This document shows, piece by piece, positions 37,793 through 45,520 of a DNA stretch of 45,520 bases. Position 1 is the first letter of the stretch. Every line of letters begins with the position of its first letter. Origin of the DNA: Candidatus Methylomirabilota bacterium (lineage in GTDB: Bacteria; Methylomirabilota; Methylomirabilia; Rokubacteriales; CSP1-6). The notes under the pieces are model-generated. The model was not told where the DNA came from. It searched no databases and was given only the letters and a program-made list of their open reading frames with translations. Position numbers and translations under genes: made by a program. The stretch lies in assembly GCA_046726415.1 (NCBI GenBank), contig JBKPAK010000178.1:1-45520 (forward strand), in the 5' to 3' direction.

Positions 37793-39439
37793 CTACAGGG
37801 CGCGTCGGTGCGAAAAGGCGATCTCCTCGCTCGTAATGAACTCTAGCAGCACCGCCTTTCCTTCGTCATTCATCTTCCGGGCGCGCTCGAGCGCTGGCAC
37901 AATCCCCGCCGGCTTCTCGACTCGCTCCGCATAGCCACCCATCGCCTGGCCCATGGCCGCGTAGTCGCCCCCAATATCTCGTGTCCGGTAGCGGTCGTGC
38001 GAGACGACCAGCGCGTGCCGTTCGATGGCCATGGCGGAGTTGTTCATGACGATGATGGTGATGGGAATGCCGCAGCGGACCGCCGTCTCGAAATCCAGTC
38101 CGGTCATGCCGAAGGCGGCGTCACCCATGAAGTTGGCGCAGAACTTGTCGGGAGCGGCCAGCTTCGCCCCCATGATGAGGCCCAGGCCGGTGCCGAGCGC
38201 GTGGGACTTCCCCCAGCCCATGTAGCTCCGGGGAGCGGTCGCCCGATAGAAGGGGACGAGCTGGTTTCGCGGACTGCCGGAATCGTGGGTGACGATGGCC
38301 TGGGCGGGATCGATCGTCCGCATGAAGTCCCAGATGATTCGGTATGGCGTGATGGGCACTTCCTCCGAGGTGAGCTTGGGCATCCATTCCCCGAGCCAGA
38401 CCTCTCTGGCCGCTTGGACCTCTCTCGCCGTCGCCCCGTCGCGCGGCTGGCGAGAGCCGACGAGCTCCTTCACCGCGTCGATGACCTGGCGCAAGACGAG
38501 CTTGGCATCCCCCAGGATGGGATGGTCCGCGAAGTAGTTTTTGTTGAGGTCGCGCTCGTCGTTGGTCGCATGGATGATGGTTTTGCCGGGCGGAATGTTG
38601 GTGGCCATACCATGGCGGGTGAAGCTGCACCCGACGCCGAAGACCACATCGGCCTGAAGGAGAAAGTGATGGACCGGTCCCGACATCACGCCACCGCCAC
38701 CGGTGCCGAGCGACAGCGCGTGGTCTTCCGGAAAAGCGCTCTTGCCCTCCAAGGTCGTCATCACCGGGGCCTGCAGCAGTTCGGCCAACTCCCGCAGCTC
38801 ATCGCAGGCCTCGGCATACAGCACGCCTTGGCCGGCGTGGATCACCGGCCTGCGTGCCTGCATGAGCACGCGAACCGCCGCCGCCACGTCGAGGGGATTG
38901 CCCGAGGGGCGCGTGGCCTTCACCGGCCGGTAGCTCAGCGCCGCGTCGCCGGCTTCGGCGACGGCCACATCGGCAGGGATCTCCACCATGACCGGCCCCG
39001 GCCGCCCCATCTTCAACAGATTGAACGCCCGCCGCATGACCTCGGACACCTGCTCCGCCTGGTTGAGTGTCTCGACCCATTTCGTTACCGACGCGTACGT
39101 CCGGGCCGAGCTGAAGAGGGGAAAAATCTGCGCCCGGTCTCGCTGGTGTCCCAGCGGGAGCACCAGGGTCGGCACCGAATCTGAGTACGCGGTGGCGACC
39201 CCGGGGAAGGCATTCTCCGCGCCGGGGCCGTACTGCATGGCGAACACGCCGATGCGCCGGCCATTTGTCGTCCGGCTGTATCCGTCGGCGATGCCGACGC
39301 CGACGCGCTCCTGACGGCAGAGCACTGGCCGGATCCCCGCCGCGGCCGCCGCATCGATGATGGGCGTGGTGGGGTACGTGCTCAGATACTCGACGCCCTC
39401 TCGCTTCAGGATCTCCGCGATCGCATCGACGACCTTCAT
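37793..39439 (-). CDS. ThDP-requiring enzyme
   Basis: CRQERVG, YGPGAEN, GRPGPV, MGDAAFG..NN. Confidence 0.9.
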   Translation of the reverse strand: MKVVDAIAEILKREGVEYLSTYPTTPIIDAAAAAGIRPVLCRQERVGVGIADGYSRTTNGRRIGVFAMQYGPGAENAFPGVATAYSDSVPTLVLPLGHQRDRAQIFPLFSSARTYASVTKWVETLNQAEQVSEVMRRAFNLLKMGRPGPVMVEIPADVAVAEAGDAALSYRPVKATRPSGNPLDVAAAVRVLMQARRPVIHAGQGVLYAEACDELRELAELLQAPVMTTLEGKSAFPEDHALSLGTGGGGVMSGPVHHFLLQADVVFGVGCSFTRHGMATNIPPGKTIIHATNDERDLNKNYFADHPILGDAKLVLRQVIDAVKELVGSRQPRDGATAREVQAAREVWLGEWMPKLTSEEVPITPYRIIWDFMRTIDPAQAIVTHDSGSPRNQLVPFYRATAPRSYMGWGKSHALGTGLGLIMGAKLAAPDKFCANFMGDAAFGMTGLDFETAVRCGIPITIIVMNNSAMAIERHALVVSHDRYRTRDIGGDYAAMGQAMGGYAERVEKPAGIVPALERARKMNDEGKAVLLEFITSEEIAFSHRRAL

Positions 39440-39505
39440 CAGATTTCCTCCCGGGAACCTCGCCGTTTGGCGCCGATCATAGCCCTTTTCCGCGCGAAGA
39501 GCTCA

Positions 39506-40573
39506 TCACGGGAGCAGAACGACCTTCAATGGATCCCCGATGCGCTTCTCGAGCACGTCGAAGGCCTCGTGTACCTGGCTCAGCTGGAAACGATGGGTCA
39601 CCAGTGGGCGCGCGTTGATGCGGCCGGCCGCCAGTAGCGCCAGGCAGCGTCCCACGCTCATGCCGCCTTCACCCCGCTCGGTATAAATGGTGATGTTGCG
39701 CCGCACGGCATGACTCATGTCGGCGGTCACCGGTCCGTGGTAGAAGCCGACCAGCAGGACCCGGCCACCGGGTTTGGCCATCTTGATGGCCTGATCGAAG
39801 GTATCGTCAGCGCCGGCGCAGTCGATCACCAGGTCGGCGCCCTTGCCCGCCGTCGCATCGAGCACGGCCGTGACGGGGTCGGTGCGACGGCTGTCGACGA
39901 TCACGTCGGCGCCCAGCTCACGGCCGATGGCGAGACGCGACTCGCGGGTGCCGGTCAGGATCACGCGTGTGGCGCCGAGGGCCTTCACGAGCTGAACGGC
40001 CATGAGCCCGATGGGGCCCGGGCCCAGAACGGCTACCGTCTCGCCGGGGAAGTAGCCGCCCGCGTTCTCGAGCCCGAACAGCGGGCTACCCGCCGTCATG
40101 ACCACCACCGCTTCCTCGTAGCTCACGCGGTCGGGCATCCGGTACAAGGTGTTGACGTGGTTCAGGGCGTATTCCGCCAGCCCCCCATTGGTGGTGAATC
40201 CGTTGGCGCGATGCCCGCGCCGCGTATTGCCATAGTTGAGGCACGCCGTATACATGCCCCGGATGCAGTTCTCGCACCGCCGGCAGCCCATGTGCGCCTC
40301 GACGACCACGCGGTCGCCGACGCTGAACTCGTCCACCGTGGGGCCCACCGCCACGATGTCGCCAGCATACTCGTGGCCGAAGATGAACTCCCCGTAGGGC
40401 GGCATCTTCGGCATGCCCTCGTGCACAATCTTCAGGTCGGTCCCGCAGATTCCGCAGGCGCGCACGTGGACCAGGACGTCCTCGTCGCCGACGGCCGGGA
40501 CGGGGCGATCCAGTAGCTCGAATCGGTGGGGCTCGACCAGGACCGTGGCCTTCATGGTTGGCGGTACGGCCAT
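39506..40573 (-). CDS. Zn-dependent alcohol dehydrogenase (threonine/sorbitol dehydrogenase-like)
   Basis: GICGTD, GHEYAG, CRRCENC..C, GPGPIG; start reassigned to ATG 40573 after AGGAGG. Confidence 0.9.
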   Translation of the reverse strand: MAVPPTMKATVLVEPHRFELLDRPVPAVGDEDVLVHVRACGICGTDLKIVHEGMPKMPPYGEFIFGHEYAGDIVAVGPTVDEFSVGDRVVVEAHMGCRRCENCIRGMYTACLNYGNTRRGHRANGFTTNGGLAEYALNHVNTLYRMPDRVSYEEAVVVMTAGSPLFGLENAGGYFPGETVAVLGPGPIGLMAVQLVKALGATRVILTGTRESRLAIGRELGADVIVDSRRTDPVTAVLDATAGKGADLVIDCAGADDTFDQAIKMAKPGGRVLLVGFYHGPVTADMSHAVRRNITIYTERGEGGMSVGRCLALLAAGRINARPLVTHRFQLSQVHEAFDVLEKRIGDPLKVVLLP

Positions 40574-40841
40574 CGGAGGGCCTCCTTTCGGCACGGCCCC
40601 AGGCGCCATGCTGCCACAACGTAGATGACCGGCGAGCAGCCGGTCAAGGCGTGCCGGGGCGAATGCCGCGGCCGGCGTCCGTTCAACACGCCCAACTTCG
40701 CCCTTGGCTCCACCGTTCCGCGCGGCATTCGCATCGCGCGGTGGCGCTGGATCGAAGGCGAAGGAGCGCCTACGATGGCCACGAGCAAGCCTACCCGGAC
40801 CTGCACGGGCGCTGGACAAAAGATCGCGCGGGAGGTCGTCG

Positions 40842-41710
40842 ATGAAGTTCGGCGTGCGGTACGCGAATCTCGGTCGCTACGTGGACGGCCGGGCCGCGGT
40901 GGAGCTGGCCCAGGCCGCGGAGGCGGCCGGATTCGACTCGATCTGGACGGTGGAGCACGTGGTGGTCCCGCTCGGGTATCGGTCTTGCTACCCATATTCT
41001 CCGAGCGGTCGCATGGGCTCGGGGCTCGAAGACTTTCCCATTCCGGATCCCTTGATGTGGCTGGCCTACATCGCCTCCGGCACGCGCGCCATCAAACTCG
41101 GCACCGCGATCCTCATCCTTCCCCAGCGCAATCCCGTGATCACCGCCAAGGCCGTGGCCACGCTCGATCACATGGCGGGCGGAGGCCGCGTGCTCCTGGG
41201 AATCGGCGTGGGCTGGCTGGCGGAGGAGTTCGCCACTCTCGGCGTGCCGTTCGAGGACCGCGGAGCGCGTACCGACGAATACATCGCCGCCATGCGCGCC
41301 CTGTGGAGCCAGGAGTGCGCGAGTTACCAGGGGCGGTTCGCCTCGTTCGATCAGGTGTACTGCCGGCCGCGCCCTCCCCATCGGAGGATCCCATCATCGT
41401 CGGCGGCGACACGAAGGCGGCCGCCCGGAGAGCCGGACGCCTCGGCGACGGCTATTTCCCGGCGCGAGGCGCTCCCGCCGAGCTCTTCGACGAGATGCGC
41501 CGCGCCGCCGCGGAGGCCGGCCGGAATCCCGCCGAGATCGAGCTCACGGTGGCGGCGCCGTCCGAGCCCGCCGAGATCGAGGCGCTGGCCACGCGCGGGG
41601 TCGCGCGCGTGGCCGTACCCGTCAGCGCGGCCGCCGGGCTGCCGGCGCAGCTCAGGACGCCTGACGATGTCCTGCGCTACGGTAAAGACGTGATCGCGCA
41701 CTTTCGCTGA
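40842..41710 (+). pseudogene. LLM-class (probably F420-dependent) oxidoreductase with a single-base frameshift at about 41390
   Basis: MKFGV..GFDSIWTVEH..KLGTAILILPQR..GIGVGW..RRIP in one frame, then PIIVGGD..AARRAGRLGDGYFP..TGA 41710 in another; one extra C in the run at 41390-41392 restores the frame. Confidence 0.8.
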
Positions 41711-41738
41711 GGCCGACCCCGCGGTCAGGCAGTGGGAC

Positions 41739-42482
41739 ATGGCGCGGCTTTTGATCGGGACGAGCGGTTATGTGTACTCCCACTGGCGCGGTGTCTTCTA
41801 TCCGCGCGGGCTGCCGGTGCGCGAGTGGCTCGCGTACTACGCCGGCCACTTCGGCACCTTGGAGCTGAACAACTCCTTCTACCGCCTGCCCACGGCTGCC
41901 ACCTTTCGCGCCTGGCACCAGGCCACGCCCCCCGGCTTTCTCTTCGCCGTCAAGGCCAGCCGTTTCCTCACCCATCTCAAGCGGCTCAAGGATGCCGGCC
42001 CGCCACTGCGCCTGTTCCTCCGGCGCGCGCGCGCGCTGGACGCCGGCCTCGGGCCCGTGCTCTTTCAGCTGCCGGCCCATTTTCACCTGAACCTGGACCG
42101 GCTCGAGCGCTTCGTAGCCGCCCTGGGCCGACAGCGCATCGCGCCGGGGATACGGGCGGTACTCGAGGTGCGTCACGCCTCGTGGCTGGCCCCGGAGCCG
42201 CTGGCCGTTCTGGAGAAGGCGGGCATCGCGCTCTGCCTGCACGACTGGCGCGAGCTGCCAGTTCGTGGTCCGCTCACCGCCCCCTTCGTCTACGTGCGCC
42301 GTCACGGAACGAGCAAGCGCTATGGCGGGAGCTATACGGAGGCGATGTTGCGCGCCGATGCCCGCAATGTGCGGCGCTGGCTGAGCGAGGGTCGCGACGT
42401 GTACGTCTACTACAACAACGATGGCGGCGGGTGGGCCGTGAGGAACGCGCGGCGGCTAGCGGCGCTGCTACGCCGTCGCTAA
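41739..42482 (+). CDS. DUF72 family protein
   Basis: IGTSGY, ELNNSFYRLP, FAVKASRFLTH, LFQLP, EVRH, VYYNND. Confidence 0.93.
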   Translation: MARLLIGTSGYVYSHWRGVFYPRGLPVREWLAYYAGHFGTLELNNSFYRLPTAATFRAWHQATPPGFLFAVKASRFLTHLKRLKDAGPPLRLFLRRARALDAGLGPVLFQLPAHFHLNLDRLERFVAALGRQRIAPGIRAVLEVRHASWLAPEPLAVLEKAGIALCLHDWRELPVRGPLTAPFVYVRRHGTSKRYGGSYTEAMLRADARNVRRWLSEGRDVYVYYNNDGGGWAVRNARRLAALLRRR

Positions 42483-42964
42483 TTTCGGAATGGGGTTCCT
42501 CGGCGCGTCGAGTGATCGAGCGCGACGCGGATGTCCTTTACGCGATGGGCCCTCGAGTGTCCATCGAAATCAGCTGGCCACTGCGGCGAGCGCTCCCGCC
42601 GACCGAACCATTCGCCCGGCGTCTTCGCCAGCGTTCGCAGCACCTCGGCATGGACCTGGCGGTGCCAGGCGACGACCTCGCTCGGTTTCTGGTGGCGCCA
42701 GCGCTCATAGATAATTTGGTTGATTTGGTTCACGTCGAGGCCGCGCATCTCGGGGAGACGCCGCTCGCCTCGGATCACGCGGGCGGTGTGCTCCTTCCAG
42801 TAGGTGATGTGGGCGAGGGCGTCCTTCACCGTCCAGGGGTCGCGCGTGGACGGGCGCGGCACCGGCCGGTTCCAATCGGCCGGGCGCAGCTGGGCCACGA
42901 GTCGGTCGAGCCTGGAAAACTCGCGGCGCGTTCGGTCGATGACCTCCTTGCGCGTGTGCCGCAT
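42479..42964 (-). CDS. DinB-superfamily protein (ClbS/DfsB- or MDMPI-N-like)
   Basis: WTVKDALAHITYW and GHSRAH motifs; start reassigned to ATG 42964. Confidence 0.8.
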   Translation of the reverse strand: MRHTRKEVIDRTRREFSRLDRLVAQLRPADWNRPVPRPSTRDPWTVKDALAHITYWKEHTARVIRGERRLPEMRGLDVNQINQIIYERWRHQKPSEVVAWHRQVHAEVLRTLAKTPGEWFGRRERSPQWPADFDGHSRAHRVKDIRVALDHSTRRGTPFRN

Positions 42965-43055
42965 GTCCGGGGAGCATCCTACCGCGATAGCGACACCTAA
43001 GCCACCGCCTGGCGTATCTTGAGAGGTCTCGCGCACTGTTTCGAAGGAGAGCCAC

Positions 43056-43198
43056 ATGAAACCGCTGGCGGACGCGCCGCTGCTCGACGCCCTGATCGGC
43101 CGCCGATCTCGCCGCTTCGCGCCCGGATTCCGCCTGAACGGCGGGCCTCTCGCGTTCGAGAGCCAGCGGCCCGCCGATCCTCTCAGCCTGGACGAGGG
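43056..43198 (+). pseudogene. N-terminal stub of a conserved hypothetical (nitroreductase-like) protein
   Basis: SD AAGGAG; MKPLADAPLLDALIGRRSRRF..GPLAFES..PLSLDE, then low-complexity, non-coding-like sequence. Family recalled from memory. Confidence 0.45.
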
Positions 43199-43360
43199 AG
43201 GCGGGCGCTTTCGGAATTGCCCTTCGACGCCGGGAGCGTCCCGGCCGCCGGGGGCGGGCACATCATGGTGCACTTCGTCGGCCGCACCGGGGCCAGAGCG
43301 GGGACGCCATGCAACTGCCAGGACGCCCTCACCGAACGCCACCACCTGCACGTAACACGG

Positions 43361-43375
43361 TGGCACTCGCACCGC
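43361..43375 (+). promoter_or_regulatory. Possible sigma54 -24/-12 element upstream of the Tat amidohydrolase
   Basis: TGGCAC-TCGCA-CCGC gives GG-N10-GC, but the TT before GC is missing. Confidence 0.25.
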
Positions 43376-43400
43376 GGTGAAGGACCGCCAGGAGGACGCA

Positions 43401-44885
43401 ATGTGTGATCTCGATCGGCGAACGTTCCTGACCGTGGCGACAGGGGCAGGGCTCGGGATCGCGCTCGCGGCCTGTGCGAGCCCCAGCGCGACGCAGATGC
43501 GCCCGGCGACTGTCGGCGCGCCGCCCCAGATGGGGCCAGCGACCGCCGGCGCCTCACCCCAGGCGCCGACCGACAATCTGCCCGATCCCGGCCTGCGCAA
43601 TATCGACCCGTCTGAGTTCCGGCGGCCGGTCGTGCTCACCCGGGGGAATATCATCGACGTGACCCGCGGCGCGGTGCGCGAGCGAATGGACGTCCGCATC
43701 GCCGAGGGCAAGATCGAGGCGATCGGCGTGGATCTGCCCGCAGCCGATGCCGCGGTCGTCGATCTCTCCGGCCGGTACGTGATGCCGGGGCTGATCAGCA
43801 CCCACTGCCATCCGGGGGTGATGCTCGGCCTGCGCATGGATCCTAACGGCCAGACCCCGGAGCGAATCAAGCACCACCTCGCCGTATGGCTGCGCTATGG
43901 GGTGACGACCGTGCAGAGCCTGGGAACCGATCGCTCCTTCGCGTTCGAGGTGCAGCGCGAGGAGCGCAGCCCGGGTACGCTGATCGGGGCCCGCTTGCTG
44001 AGCGTCGGCCGTGGCTTCGGGGTGTCTCAAGGCTTGCCGCCCTTCCGCATGGATCCTCCAGGCTTCGTGCGGGAGACGGAGCCCGAGCCCATTCGCCGGG
44101 CGCTGGAAGACTCCGCGCAGAAGGGCGCCAGCGGGATCAAGATCTGGTACGACGCGTGGTATGGGCAGTTCCCCAAGATGCAACCCCAGGTCGCCCGAAC
44201 GATCATCGCTGAAGGCGCTCGGGTGCGCCTCAAGACGTACGCACACGTCTACGCCGTGGATGACGCCAAGCTCCTCATCCGGTCGGGCCTGCACGCGGTG
44301 GCCCACATGCCGCGCGATCGCGAGGTGGACAGCGAGCTGATCAACCTCATGCTCGCGCGCAAGGTGTCGGTGATCCCGACGCTCGCCGTGGCCGAGAGCA
44401 ACTACATCTTCGTGGATCGTCCATCCTGGGTGGACGACCCGCTCTTCGGGAAGTTCCTGCCGCCGGGAAGCGCCGACTACCTGCGCCACGAGGCGTTCCT
44501 CAATACATACCGGGCCCGGAAGGAGTTTCCCGAGCTCCGGCCGGACTACGAACGGGCCGTCCGCAATGTGGGGAAGCTGCATGCGGCCGGCGTCCCGTTC
44601 GGATTTGGCACCGATACTGGAGTCGGCAACCGCGTGCCGGGATTTTACGAGCACCGCGAGCTGGAGCTGCTCGTCAGCGCCGGCGTGGCCCCCATCGACG
44701 CCTTGCGGATGGCCACCGTTGGATCAGCCGAGATCGTCGGCCAGAAAGGCGTCCTGGGTGAAATTGCACCCGGTCACCGCGCCGACCTGGTCGTGCTGAA
44801 GGCCAACCCGCTCCAGAACATCCGCAACACGCGCACCGTCGAGTCGGTGTGGCTCGATGGCGTGCAGGCCTGCGGCGCCCTGTAG
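43401..44885 (+). CDS. Amidohydrolase_1 family protein with a Tat signal and lipobox
   Basis: DRRTFL twin-Arg motif, LAAC lipobox; MPGLISTHCH, IKIW, FGTDTG, GHRADLVVL. Confidence 0.88.
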   Translation: MCDLDRRTFLTVATGAGLGIALAACASPSATQMRPATVGAPPQMGPATAGASPQAPTDNLPDPGLRNIDPSEFRRPVVLTRGNIIDVTRGAVRERMDVRIAEGKIEAIGVDLPAADAAVVDLSGRYVMPGLISTHCHPGVMLGLRMDPNGQTPERIKHHLAVWLRYGVTTVQSLGTDRSFAFEVQREERSPGTLIGARLLSVGRGFGVSQGLPPFRMDPPGFVRETEPEPIRRALEDSAQKGASGIKIWYDAWYGQFPKMQPQVARTIIAEGARVRLKTYAHVYAVDDAKLLIRSGLHAVAHMPRDREVDSELINLMLARKVSVIPTLAVAESNYIFVDRPSWVDDPLFGKFLPPGSADYLRHEAFLNTYRARKEFPELRPDYERAVRNVGKLHAAGVPFGFGTDTGVGNRVPGFYEHRELELLVSAGVAPIDALRMATVGSAEIVGQKGVLGEIAPGHRADLVVLKANPLQNIRNTRTVESVWLDGVQACGAL

Positions 44886-44908
44886 GACGCTCCGCCCAGG
44901 CGAGGGCG

Positions 44909-45493
44909 ATGGCTTCGGCCAGCGAGCCAGCGGCCCCGCTCCGCCCCTCGCGCGCCGAGCTGCTGGCGGCGAGAGGAAAGACGCTGGCCGACGTGATCGC
45001 GCCTGGCCTGGCTGTCCTCTTCGTGGGGATCAACCCCGGTCTCTACACCGCGGCCATCGGCCACCACTTCGGTCGACCCGGCAATCGCTTCTGGCCGGCC
45101 CTCCACGCCGGCGGCTTCACGCCGCGTCTGTTCTCACCCTACGAGGAACGGGCGCTGCTGCCGATCGGCTATGGCATCACGAACGTGGTGGCCCGCGCGA
45201 CGGCAAGCGCCGACGAGCTGACGCCGGCCGAGCTGATCGCGGGAGGCCGGAGGCTCGAGGCCAAGGCGCGCCGCTACCGACCGAGCATCCTCGCCTTCCT
45301 GGGTATCGGGGCCTATCGCTTGGCCCTCGGTCGCCCACGAGCGGAGCTGGGGCCGCAGCCCGAGGCCATTGGGCCGTCTCGCGTGTGGATCCTGCCGAAT
45401 CCCAGCGGGCTCAATGCGCACTATCAGGCGGCCGACCTGACGCGGCTCTTCCGCCAGCTCCGCGAAGCGGTCCCGCGACGAGCGGGATGCTGA
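44909..45493 (+). CDS. mug: G/U mismatch-specific DNA glycosylase (UDG family 2)
   Basis: FVGINPG, HHFGRPGNRFW, GITNVV, LPNPSGLN. Confidence 0.93.
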   Translation: MASASEPAAPLRPSRAELLAARGKTLADVIAPGLAVLFVGINPGLYTAAIGHHFGRPGNRFWPALHAGGFTPRLFSPYEERALLPIGYGITNVVARATASADELTPAELIAGGRRLEAKARRYRPSILAFLGIGAYRLALGRPRAELGPQPEAIGPSRVWILPNPSGLNAHYQAADLTRLFRQLREAVPRRAGC

Positions 45494-45520
45494 AGACATC
45501 TTCGAACCTCGCTCGGCCGG

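Noticed and set aside
40673-40692. tRNA fragment suggested by a GTTCAAC loop
   Set aside because: No acceptor, D or anticodon arms can be built around it.

Overview
High-GC bacterial chromosomal segment with about 40 mostly metabolic genes. Gene style and GC-rich intergenic hairpins resemble Ca. Rokubacteria/Methylomirabilota, but this is inference only. No rRNA, tRNA, CRISPR array or transposase is visible. Main content: (i) a pqqABCDE cluster, including a 32-aa pqqA missing from the ORF track, followed by a periplasmic PQQ-dependent beta-propeller dehydrogenase and a di-heme cytochrome c; (ii) two genes split by an in-frame TGA at a redox-cysteine position, each followed by a SECIS-like hairpin and therefore probable selenoproteins: an AhpC/TSA peroxiredoxin with an aberrant active site (7211-7681, minus strand) and a glutaredoxin-like (UxxC)-DinB fusion (34350-35093, plus strand), the best candidate here for an uncharacterised system; (iii) stress and repair genes (hsp20 with a canonical sigma70 promoter and a degenerate CIRCE-like site, recQ, mug, aqpZ); (iv) many catabolic enzymes (phnA, pncA, UbiD-family, two ThDP enzymes, two Zn-dehydrogenases, amidohydrolases, an enolase-superfamily enzyme) and a heterodimeric ABC exporter; (v) gene relics (internally deleted CocE/NonD hydrolase, signal-peptide stub, Ogt-Ada fragment, N-terminal stub, frameshifted LLM oxidoreductase) and a duplicated 55-bp palindromic element. 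All assignments are by eye from motifs; no database searches were run.
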